Below are positions 26,491 to 36,687 of a DNA stretch of 52,611 nt, in pieces. Where the stretch lies: assembly GCA_003427395.1 (NCBI GenBank), contig BFEA01000025.1, positions 4,008,090-4,060,700 of the forward strand, in the 5' to 3' direction. The notes under the pieces were generated by a model that worked only from the letters and a program-made list of their open reading frames with translations, ran no database searches and was not told the origin of the DNA. This DNA is from Chara braunii. Its lineage: Eukaryota; Plantae; Charophyceae. How positions within the stretch are numbered: the first letter of the stretch is position 1; each line of letters begins with the position of its first letter. The position numbers and the translations under genes were made by a program.

Positions 26491-27111
26491 TTTTTATAAG
26501 TATAGAGATCAATATTTTTCAGTGATTCAGCCCCTGGCTTAGTTGGGGCTGGCTCTATTTTGGTTTTGCCACATGTGCATGCACTTGGTAGTGTCTGGGT
26601 TCTGCATGTGGTTTGTTTTTTGTTTTTTGCAAGCAAGCCTTAATGGAGCTTCAAGAGAATTCCGACTTTGTTTTTTTCGACAGTTTTGGTTGTGGCGATC
26701 TTTGTATGGTCGTATTCTCGAATTCTATTTATATTGTTTTATTTGATTTTGGGACCAACGATTCAAAAAAACAGTTGTGGATTGTGAGAGCGACATGAAT
26801 GTGCACACAATAGAGGGTAGGATACAGGGACCGGGCAATGTGCGTAATAGGAAAGGGAAGTCAAGTAGTGAGCGAAGACGCGGACACTGATAGGGGTTGC
26901 AAGTGACCACGACTCATCAAGAGTCGGCTACGGGTTCCTCGTTTACTAAATTTGAATCTTGGTGAACCCGAGACCGGGTTCTTGGAGTGTGAACTCGGGT
27001 ACGAGGCCGACGCGATTCGGGAGCACTTTGGAAGTGGGGTGGAGACGAGAACAAATGCAGTTATATATGTGAGGGAGCAAGGCTTATACTCCCTCTTTCG
27101 GCACGTGAGCT

Positions 27112-27160
27112 AACCCTCCTGATGATCCTGTGGGCGGATAGGTGAAACCGGTTACGGGAT
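27112..27160 (+). ncRNA. Minimal type-I hammerhead-like motif (Penelope pseudo-LTR type), degenerate
   Basis: CTGATGA (27119-27125), stem II CCTGT/ATAGG, GAAA (27144-27147), palindromic mini stem III ACCGGT, and a partial stem I CCC/GGG. Same strand as, and downstream of, the PLE RT. Confidence 0.6.
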
Positions 27161-27363
27161 CCACCTGTGTTGGCTATGGAGGCAGCTATGATGAGTTTGA
27201 CTACTGTGAGATCACGTTGAAATGGAAACCTGAATGTGGTGCTTTTTTGCTTATTGTTGAGCCTGGTTCCTGGTTTTGAGTTGTGACTCTCTATGTTTTC
27301 ATCCTTGTCATGACCTGCGGCGAAGGCTGTGCAGTTGCAGCCTGCCTACTCTCTCTCTCTCTT

Positions 27364-27430
<67 letters not shown>

Positions 27431-27525
27431 NNNNNNNNNNNNNNNNNNNNNNNNNNNNNNNNNNNNNNNNNNNNNNNNNNNNNNNNNNNNNNNNNNNNNN
27501 NNNNNNNNNNNNNNNNNNNNNNNNN

Positions 27526-27556
<31 letters not shown>

Positions 27557-28954
27557 GGTCGATGTCTGTCTGAAGTAGGAACAATGTTTGTCTGAACTAG
27601 GAACCTACAGACCGCCCACGGAACGAGGAACGGTCGATGAGAGTGAGCCTTAGTACAATCTATGGCCGGTGCTGGTAGGGCTCTTGTGTCGGTGGGGCTC
27701 TCTACAGGATTGGTTGGGTTGCCTGCCCCCTATGTTCGGTTCACTATCAACAAACAAGTAGTAATGACAACAGTGTGCACAGCGAACAACCTCACAACAA
27801 ATAACAGTAACAACAACTGTGTACACAACGATAGGAACGCAAAATACGTCCACCTATGGGACTTGTAGTGAAACGTTTGTACCTAGCACGTGAAGTACCC
27901 GGGCAACAAGGCTCGCTCAAATATGCTTCGATCTGAGTGGGGTGTGTGGGACTCAGCTTAGCCCTGATACCTACAACCATTGTTTGATCAGGTCTTCCCC
28001 AGGCTGGAGGGTGAGGATCCTGAGTGGTGGACACTGAGGTAGGATACTGGGAGTAGGAGTGCGCCGGGAGAAACTACAAAAGAGGTAGGTTGGGAGGGAG
28101 TCCCGTTGGATTAGGGGGCCTCTACCACATGGACGAGTGTCGAAGGTGTAATCCAGCCTCTACAACAACCTGGGCTTAAAGAAAGAAAAAAAAAGGGTTG
28201 CATTCCCCGTGGCCCCGTTGTAGGTAAGTGTCTCACCATCTCCACATTGTCACTGCACTCGAACAGACCAGAAAGACCTGTGTTTTTTTTTTTTGACAAA
28301 AGTTGGACATGCTGGGAACAGGGCTCAGCGTCCCATGCAGATTTATACAAATCGTTGGAAATCATTGGAAATACCAGGACCATTATCTGGCTTCAGCTAA
28401 GAACAGTCTGAGAACTATTAAAGGTGTTCAGGAAAATTTAGGAAAAAACAGGATAATTGTTGACCTATTGCTAGGCTACTAAAAAGCCACAGAAATCCTT
28501 CGAATGCTCAAAACCTCTGGACTCCGTAATAAAACCCTCTAAAAATCTCCAACAATGTTTTATTCCTTGCCGAGCTCGCCCAGGCCTCATACCCCTACCC
28601 TGTTAGGTTACAAGGCAATACGACTCACCCCAACTTTGGTCAGCGTCGTCCAGACAGCAACTCTTGGTTTTCTTTTGGAACGCCCGCCCCAAGGCATCCC
28701 CAGATCTCTCTACCAGGCCTCACGCTCCTGCTGTCAACAGGTAACAGGGCAACCCCCCAACATTCTGGCATCGAAAAAACGCATATCCATGAATGTAACA
28801 ACATCAAAGAAGCCTAAAGTGAGTTCTAAGAAGTACCCAACATCCTAAGGCATTCTCAGGACCACCAAAAGCAAACGAGAACAACAACATTGAAACAATC
28901 AAAGGAATGCTCCTCCCTCTTCTCTCCAACCCCCTACTCTTCTTCATTCCCCGA

Positions 28955-29380
28955 CGAGCCGACCTCCTCCACCACATATGAGAACAACAACCGCACCCAC
29001 ACAACCTAACCCAATCCCATCATGGTTAAAAGCTAACTTCAACTTTTCATCTTCCTTCCACGAGCCGACCTCCTCCACTACATAGTTCGAAGAAGAAGAA
29101 AAAAAATAGTTCACCCAAAAGTAACCAAGAGGCCAATCTGAGTTTTTGACCATCAGTCATAGCTAAACTTGTTATTGCCACCTATTCTCATAGCCCTACC
29201 TACCGCCGGACATCCCCACAAACTATCTCTACTCTTCTTCTACTAGCGACAAGCCGACCTCCTCCACCACATAGTTCGCAAGAAGAAAAGGAGTAGAAAA
29301 ATTGGCTCGCCGGGACCCACGACAAGTAGTAGCGTACCTCCATCTTCTCGCGACAAGTCGACCTCCTCCACCACATAATT
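28955..29380 (+). repeat. Four spaced copies of the ~23-bp motif AGCCGACCTCCTCCACCACATA
   Basis: Copies near 28957, 29063, 29252 and 29356. Confidence 0.85.
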
Positions 29381-29961
29381 CGCGACATGAGGGTTGTCTA
29401 GGCAACAAAAAGTTTTCAGCCATCCAACCTCAATCGGCTTCGACCTCCTTCCTCGATATCAAGACTCTTAAAGGCTTCACACCCCCAACTGCTAGGTTAC
29501 GAGGCAGCGTGACCTGCCTCATAAAACTCCCATTTGTTAGGCTACAGGGTGGAACGACCCACCTCGTCTCCGACCAGCATCGTCTTGACAACAACCCCTA
29601 AAAACCATAGAACCGCCTGCCCCCTTAGGCGATTCTCAGGACCTCTTATCAGCCCTCCAGAGCCCTCGTCACGCTCGAGTTACTGGCAGCACGACCAAAC
29701 CCGCAGCTCCGACCAACATCGTTCCCGCTCGGCCATCCGAAAGCATAAAAGTGAAAGGCAAATAGCACAACATCGACCGAACCGCCAAGCATCACCACAA
29801 ACCTGACTTCAAATTCGTTGGCACTGGAATCCCACAGGAATTTGAGTAATTAAGGACTAGATCAAGGTTAGAGTAACATTAGATTGAAAATCCTCAAATA
29901 CAGTCAAACTAAATTATTGCAATTTAAAATCTCATTAAGATGGACATCTAATTAGGCTGAT

Positions 29962-30265
29962 AAATTTAGAAGGTGAATTAAAGGCGTATTACAATCTGGT
30001 TTTTGAATCTCAAAGTTCATGCAGATAGGTCTAGATAGACTTGACCAATTAAGCAACAAAAATAGGAAACCATTACGGTCACTTAGAAATCTGATTAAGA
30101 TGTACAAAATCAAATTGTGGTCACTTAAGAATCTAATTAAGATATACAAAACCAAAAAAACATCAAATTGAATTAAACAGATGAATTTAGAAGGCGAAAT
30201 AGAAGACATATTTTAATCTGATTTCTTAATCTCAAAGTTCTCGCAGATAGATCAAAATTAGACTC
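29962..30265. repeat. AT-rich diverged duplication (~222-bp period) with an internal 42-bp tandem
   Basis: AATTTAGAAGG...AATCTCAAAGTTC..GCAGATAG at about 29962 and 30184; GGTCACTTA..AATCT.ATTAAGAT.TACAAAA at 30077 and 30119. Confidence 0.75.
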
Positions 30266-31259
30266 AGGATCTATAGGATCTACAGGAACTTTAACCTAAT
30301 CTTTATTACTACCTTAGAATTAAAATTACGAAACATGAAGAGGAAGAACATAAACTTACCCTCGACAATCCTTAACACCCCCCCCTCTCTCCAAACCTCA
30401 CCTCCTCCTTCATCGGCTCTCAAGTAACTCGCCCACCTGTGGTCAAACCATTCCAGGACCGAAACGATGAAGATAACATGACCGCAACTTGGAATACCAT
30501 CACAACAATCCAACCCACGTCACGAGACTAAACATTTGAGCCTGGTAACCGCCCCTCGTAGGTAGCCCAACGAGAAGACGGGGTGTCATCGTCACAAACG
30601 TCGCCCGCCTATAGAAGGTCTGTCTTGAACATCCTCACTCCCTCTCCCGCCTCATCATCCACCTGCTGTCCTCTCGCCCTGCACTCTCATCCTCGCATCG
30701 AAGCTGTTGTCATGGCACCCCAACCACTCTTCGTCTCTCCCCCTCACCCAGGAGGCCGCCGTCATGTCAAAAACGTCGGGCGACGGAGCGCTCCCAGTAG
30801 CACCCCGCCGGTAGGGAAGGACTCCAGGAGGCATGGCACCTACGGTCCAATCTGCAGTGGGTAGGTAGGTGTGTAAGATCAGCCAATGCAAGCTTCTGCA
30901 CTTGGCCTGTCTGATGGGTCGTCTTTGCCAGCTTATTCCAATGAGTAGGTGAGCGGGTATCAACATTCATCTGGGCGTGCCAGCAATCAGCCAAACTGGA
31001 TCCAACACTGTATGGAGAAGTTTGTTGCCTCTCCTCACCACGGATTCTCCCAGCATAGGGTGGTCCATCTTGGCCCTGTCCTCCATTGCCATTCCAGAGG
31101 GTGAAGGGGGAGGACCTGGTTACTGTTTTCTGCAGAGCCCACCACCACCATCCTAATCAGAGAAAGAACCCTTTATCTCCGTTACTATGGGCTCCCCTGC
31201 CTTTCCCTTCCACCCTTCGGCCACCCTTTGGCCACCCTTCGGTGCTTCTACTCCAATTG

Positions 31260-31482
31260 TTCTCGTAAAACACCCCCACGCACTCATCCCCGGTAACCCC
31301 GATTAGTTTATTTGTTGGCGAGCAAAGGTCACCGGAGCCCCTTTAAAAATGGAATGGAATGAAAACGGTGGTTCTCGTAGAACACCCCCACGCACTCATC
31401 CCCGGTAACCCCGATTAATTTATTTGTTGGGGAGCGAAGGTCACCGGAGCCCCTTGATGGAATGGAACGGAAAAACGTTGGA
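31260..31482. repeat. ~112-bp tandem duplication
   Basis: TTCTCGTA.AACACCCCCACGCACTCATCCCCGGTAACCCCGATTA.TTTATTTGTTGG... occurs twice. Confidence 0.95.
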
Positions 31483-32424
31483 GGTAACGCGGTACCTGCA
31501 CCCGTCGATCCACCTGGACGGACAAGCGGGGTCCTCAGGGCCCAAAAAAGTTAAACAAACATGAACAAGCGGCGGGTATATATAGAATACACGCGCCTTT
31601 TTTTTTTGTCAATTTCAGATATGGCGAGTGGTGGAGCGAGGCCCTTTATCCGACTTCCAGAGGACTGCGAGCAGAGCTGACGCCATGTACCACCTTATCG
31701 CCCAACCTCGTTTTTGCCTCCCTTGGTAGGGCTCTTGGGAGGGAGTCTGGGGCCCAGGAGCAGTGCTGGCGGTAGCGCCCCCGGTTCTTCCGACTCAACG
31801 TTGTGTACGCGTGATGCGGGTTCCCTGGTTCTGATTGCTTGCGTGGCAACGCCAGCGGGGCACGCGGTTTAGCGCGGGGAGTGCGACGTGCGCGGGGCAC
31901 GTCGACCGCCGGCCGACCATAACGGGACCTGAGTTTTGGCGGCAGACTGGATAGTGTCGAAGCGGAGTCCATGGTTACCTTTGGGGACATCGCCTCCCCT
32001 GGGGTGGCATCAAGCAGGAGGGCAAACCGGTGAACATGCAAGCGGAATACTATTGCGAAGCTGAATCCACGGCCACCTCTGGTGCCTGAGAGCGCAGCTC
32101 GTGCACTGCCGACTTGTTGGCGATACGACACTGCGTGCCATAGAGAGGCAGACGGGTAGAAGATAGATTTGCTGCCAGCTGTTGCCATACACGAGGGCCG
32201 GAGGTTAGTTTCCATCTTTGTCCCCGCATTCTCCATCGAAAGGTCGATCACTATTCGGTTTCCCATCCTCTCTGTTTCTCTGTCTCTCTCTGTGTTTCAT
32301 ATTTGTCCACCAGTTCGGTACTGCGTTATGTTCACTGGTTCTAGAAATCTGACGACTGGTCAGCTGGGTCGAAGAGCGGTATTCTCTGCATGTGCGTGTG
32401 CGCGTGCTTCTCGTGTGTGTGTAT

Positions 32425-32471
<47 letters not shown>

Positions 32472-32493
32472 CGCGCGTGGATGCGTGTACGTG

Positions 32494-32547
32494 TGTGTTG
32501 GCATCAGGAAAAAACAGCACGACAGTTTCAAACTGTTTCGTCGGACT
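32494..32547 (-). ncRNA. 3' half of a hammerhead-like repeat unit (same family as 9244-11016)
   Basis: Minus strand GT-CCGAC-GAAA-CAGTTTGAAACTG-TC-GTGCTG...CCAACACAC has an intact stem III and GUC triplet; the CUGANGA half is missing. It again abuts (CA)n. Confidence 0.55.
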
Positions 32548-32651
32548 CCCGCGCGCGTGCGTTTTTTTTTTTTTTTTTGTTGTTGTTGTTTGTGTGTGTG
32601 TGTGCTTTTTNNNNNNNNNNNNNNNNNNNNNNNNNNNNNNNNNNNNNNNNN

Positions 32652-32707
<56 letters not shown>

Positions 32708-33235
32708 GGGCAGTGATGACTGGGAGGAAGATCACGTGGCGTGGCGACGTGAATAATGACGGCGTTGACGTGACGTGATGGAACGGTGCTGGCGTGCGGG
32801 ACGGCGTGGATGATATGGATACTGCGGCTGATGTGGGCCGATGTGGCTGATGACGTGGATGTTTCATGAAGTACTTTTGATGCGTGAATGATGTTAGTTC
32901 CATTGCAATGTGTGATGTTAGCGAACTACAACGTGTCCAGTGTGATGCCGTTAATGATGATGGAGATGCTGTGGATTATTTGAGCGATGGGGATTTTTTT
33001 TAATGTGGATAGCGCCGATAATGATGTGGATTGTGTTGTCGATAATGTGGATGATGACCGGCATTGATGTGGATGCTCTCTCGCGGCAGTGATGTCGTGA
33101 TGAGGTGAGACGTTGACGGCAACATTTATTGTGCCGAAACAGGTGTGATGAGGGCGTCGACGTCGTGTGTGGTGTTTGGCAGAATCCCTGTCGGATTTTG
33201 TTTTATTTTTATTTTTCACAAATCAAAAGCAATTT

Positions 33236-33357
33236 TGCGAATAGCGGCACTAGAACCCATATCCCCTGCTTGGAAGGCAGACAATTTTTTTTTTTTTTTT
33301 TTATATCATCCTTGTATTCGAAGAAGGCAGACAATTTTTCCTTTAATTTATATCCGC
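33236..33357 (-). pseudogene. trnG: Organelle (mitochondrial)-type tRNA-Gly(UCC) pseudogene interrupted by a poly(A)-tailed insert
   Basis: Removing the insert and one TSD gives GCGGATA TA AATT AAAGGAAA AATT G TCTGC CT-TCC-AA GCAGG GGAT ATGGG TTCTAGT GCCGC TATTCGC A. The acceptor, D and anticodon stems pair; the T arm is decayed. A 17-bp direct repeat lies at 33273-33289 and 33323-33339. Confidence 0.85.
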
Positions 33358-33649
33358 TATTAGATCAATGGTGATGATGACGTGGATGCGCTTGAGTGGA
33401 TAGGGATTAGCCGTAGATTATATCGTAGATCGATACTTGTCTCTGAGCAGATGTTGTCACACGTAGAACGGATATTTGTTCTTAGTCGGTATACGGTGAA
33501 GAGGCACGTGGCCCCTTCACGTAGAATCGCAGGGGGATTTTACTTTGACGTACCTGGACGCAATTTCGGCGTTTTTTTAACCGAAAAACCGTCAGGTCTT
33601 ACAGGTGGGAACCCGGTAAGCCCTGTCGATTTCGCTTCAAAAAATGCCG

Positions 33650-33947
33650 AAATTTAATATCATGTGGCCCGATGGACCACGCAGGGACATCCGTTAAAAT
33701 TGGAACGATACAGAGAAGGGTAATTAGCAAATTGCCCCTGCGCAAGGATGACACGCATAAATCGAGAAATGGTCCAAATTAAAAAAAAAAAAAAACTGAT
33801 CAGAACAGAAACTACACTTAAATTAATTTTCTGGGGGTACGGTGGGGTCATATGGGTAGGCTTGCCTACTCGACCCCTCTGAGTTGCCTCTGTATTGCAC
33901 TGAAGCAGAGCGTGGCTCGCCCCATTAAAAAAAAAAGAAAAAAAGAA
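33650..33947 (+). pseudogene. U2: U2 snRNA processed pseudogene with an inverted 5' portion
   Basis: Sense 3' half at 33818-33924 (Sm-like AATTTTCTG, stem III with CTTG loop, stem IV with ATTGCACT loop) plus an A-tail at 33927-33947. Antisense pieces at 33793-33819 (AAGTGTAGTTTCTGTTCTGATCAGTTT, branch-point recognition region) and 33650-33683 (stem IIb, TGCGTGGTCCATCGGGCCACATGATATTAAATTT). TSD-like repeat at 33639-33654 / 33941-33956. Confidence 0.85.
33684..33795 (+). pseudogene. U6: U6 snRNA processed pseudogene (5'-truncated, poly(A)-tailed)
   Basis: GGGACATCCGTTAAAATTGGAACGATACAGAGAAG...CCCCTGCGCAAGGATGACACGCATAAATCGAGAAATGGTCCAAATT matches plant U6. The first ~9 nt are missing, an A15 run replaces the oligo-T terminator, and there are small insertions around the AGC triad. 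Confidence 0.95.
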
Positions 33948-34949
33948 GCTGAAATTGCGGCCAGGTACGTTAGAGTTCTCAATGCCCAAAGGGGTATGTT
34001 GAATTGAATCGATCCAAAAAAAAAAAGAAAAAAAGGTGTTATGATGTTATCGAATGCATCATTGGGAGCGACTGCTTCTGTGCTTATTTTTTTCCAGACA
34101 AGTTCCAGCCCTGAATGCTGACCTGTAGTAGTAATTCGTACGGTGTGTTTTGTTGTTCATTAAAAAAAAACAATCAGTGAGAAATTATCGTATATTGCTT
34201 GGATCTCCCGCCTCTGCTTTCCTAAGTCGATCTCCCTCGCTCCCAGTCTTTGTTCTCCCTCTCTCCCTCTCTCCCTCTCTTTGTTCTCCCTCCCCCTCTT
34301 CTGGGATGCGTAGGGATGGCGATTCCGCGTCTGGACGTGTTAGTAGTAATGCCTATGCGTGGTATTCGGAGAGACCAGAGCTGACAACAGCTAAGGGTAT
34401 ACGCACACTCGCACGTTCTGGGATGTATAGGGCGGCACTTGCGACCACATTCAGTGCACAAATTCCCTAGTTTAACTATGGTTTACGTAAACCACTTCCC
34501 CCACCGTTTACCAGGACCGAAGAGGGAGAGAGGTTTACCCATGCCATACTCACAGTGAGATTGTGCACCGAATCTGGTCATAAATGCTGTCAGGATATCT
34601 CCCGAATAGGAGTGACCATATAGTGGATAATTTGTTCAAAAATAGTGCGAGCCAACCAGGGGGATGGGAGGAAACGAGTAGGGAAGGGGGGGGGGAGGGG
34701 GGCGGAGACGGGAGGGCAAGGGGCAGAGGCTGGCTGGACCCCCTCCATACCCATGTATATGGTGGGAATCAAGAAAACCGAACCCTCTGGCCATTATCAA
34801 AGGGCTACTGAACAGAGCCCCATGGAGGATTTAGCGAAAGAAAGCATGGGTGAGGGGGGCTCGAGAATGGAATTGAATTGAATTGAATTGAAACAGCGAG
34901 GCCAATGATTGGAAGGTCGACAAAGGAAAAAAGATGAAAAAAAAAAAAG

Positions 34950-35331
34950 AAAACGGAGGAATCCAAGGGTCAGATCGTCAGCTGTCGCGTCAAATCATGG
35001 CGTTCTGACCATTCGATTCCTCCGTTTTTTATTTTTGTTGACGCCACAGCTGGCGTGTTTCCTTTGCCTAATCATGGCCAGCGGGTGAGGGGATTGAAGA
35101 AGGGAATGGTCGAGAGGGAGGTCGACAAAGGAAACACGCCAGCTGTGTCGTCAAATCCAAATCCATGGCTACGCGCCCCTCGAGGGGGGGGGGGGCGGGA
35201 ATGAATGCCTCCCCCCTCGTATTCCCCTCGCGCGAAAGAGGACAAGGTGCAGGCGATCGACATTGTGGGGATGAAACTGATCAGATCAGTTTCATCCCCA
35301 CAATGTGATCGCCTGGACCTTGTCCTCTTTC
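34950..35331. repeat. Cluster of three inverted repeats upstream of MIC10
   Basis: 34950-35028 (imperfect ~31-bp arms); 35038-35066 / 35126-35154 (28/29 match); 35234-35331 (48-49-bp arms, 1-nt spacer, 1 mismatch and 1 indel). Confidence 0.9.
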
Positions 35332-35763
35332 CAGAAAAACACTGGCCGCCGGTGGCTAAGATTCTTGCTATTTTGTACTGCTATCGGACTAACAAGTTGT
35401 TGGAAGAGGGAGAGAAAAGAGAATGGGAGAGAGAGGGGGAGGAAGAGAAGGTGAGAAGGGAAGAGGGGAAGAGGGACGGAGGGAGACAAGGAGAGGGGGA
35501 AGAGGGAAAGAGAGGGAGAGAAGGAGAGAGGGAGAGAAGGATGGAGGGAGAGGAAGGGAGGGAGAGGGGAAGAGGGACGAATGGAGAGAGGGGGGGGAGG
35601 TGGAGGAGGAAACCGGATGAGTCGGGGGAAGGAAAGGCAGAGAGTCAGAGAGGCAGGGAGGCAGAGAGAGGGAAAGTGGAAGGGGTAGGATGTTGAAGGA
35701 AGGACATGGATTCTTTTAGTGACTGAATATCGAGTGTTTTGTGTTGCAGGGAAATCCGTTGAC

Positions 35764-36129
35764 ATGGCAGAGACCAATGTAAGACCCAAGGAACTCATGG
35801 TGGATGAAAAATGGGACCGTTGCTTGGACCTGGTTCTACACAGGTCAGTGTATGGCAGTCTGGCAGGAATTGCAGGCGCCCTCCTTTTGTTCCGCGGGCC
35901 GTCCACAAGACTGGCATCGATTGCCTTCGGGGCTGGTTTGGGATTAGGTTCGGCATACACCGACTGCTCCCACATCTTTGATGGGCACATTCGGAAGTGG
36001 CCGATGCCATCACCACCGTCTCCTTCTCCCAATATTCAATCTTCTCAATCTTTTCCTGATGCACCTACGATGGACTCGAGCCCAACCAAGGGTGATGAGG
36101 ATGTCGTTTCTTCCGGAGATGAGCGATGA
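35764..36129 (+). CDS. MIC10: MICOS complex subunit MIC10 (MINOS1/DUF543 family), 121 aa
   Basis: VDEKWDRCL motif, two glycine-rich hydrophobic helices (YGSLAGIAGALLLF; IAFGAGLGLGSAYTDC) separated by a short basic loop. Intact ORF with an ATGG start; likely 5'-UTR splice acceptor TTTTGTGTTGCAG ending at 35749. Confidence 0.93.
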   Translation: MAETNVRPKELMVDEKWDRCLDLVLHRSVYGSLAGIAGALLLFRGPSTRLASIAFGAGLGLGSAYTDCSHIFDGHIRKWPMPSPPSPSPNIQSSQSFPDAPTMDSSPTKGDEDVVSSGDER

Positions 36130-36234
36130 GACCTGACTGCGGTCTTCCCAGCAAAACCCATTGTGTGAATTGATTCTCTGATTGCCTGTTCGCCTGACTG
36201 ATTGGTTCATTCAAATTGCACGCATTCACCCTCG

Positions 36235-36327
<93 letters not shown>

Positions 36328-36642
36328 NNNNNNNNNNNNNNNNNNNNNNNNNNNNNNNNNNNNNNNNNNNNNNNNNNNNNNNNNNNNNNNNNNNNNNNNN
36401 NNNNNNNNNNNNNNNNNNNNNNNNNNNNNNNNNNNNNNNNNNNNNNNNNNNNNNNNNNNNNNNNNNNNNNNNNNNNNNNNNNNNNNNNNNNNNNNNNNNN
36501 NNNNNNNNNNNNNNNNNNNNNNNNNNNNNNNNNNNNNNNNNNNNNNNNNNNNNNNNNNNNNNNNNNNNNNNNNNNNNNNNNNNNNNNNNNNNNNNNNNNN
36601 NNNNNNNNNNNNNNNNNNNNNNNNNNNNNNNNNNNNNNNNNN

Positions 36643-36687
<45 letters not shown>

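Larger units (their letters stand above)
33548..33970. mobile_element. ACGT-terminated MITE (pogo/Fot1-like ends) disrupted by a U2/U6 retro-insertion
   Basis: TIR ACGTACCTGGACGCAATTTCGGC (33548-33570) versus GCTGAAATTGCGGCCAGGTACGT (33948-33970), 21/23 match; flanks are TG and TA. The empty element would be about 120 bp. Confidence 0.75.

Noticed and set aside
26483-27870. CACTA...TAGTG pair suggesting a CACTA element
   Set aside because: The match does not extend beyond 5 bp and there is no 3-bp TSD.
28955-29380. Spaced 23-bp repeats resembling a CRISPR array
   Set aside because: Eukaryotic context, irregular long spacers that share similarity, and no cas genes.
31646-32266. 206-aa minus-strand ORF as a host gene
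   Set aside because: GC-rich, Arg/Pro/Ala-biased translation with no recognisable domain or supported exon structure.
33371-33446. Box C/D snoRNA candidate (GTGATGA...CTGA, about 75 nt)
   Set aside because: No terminal stem, no recognisable rRNA/snRNA antisense element, and TGATGA is common in the adjacent GAT-rich sequence.
33662-33681. Apparent replacement 5' stem-loop making the U6 copy a functional variant gene
   Set aside because: The hairpin is better explained as antisense U2 stem IIb; no USE promoter or oligo-T terminator is present.
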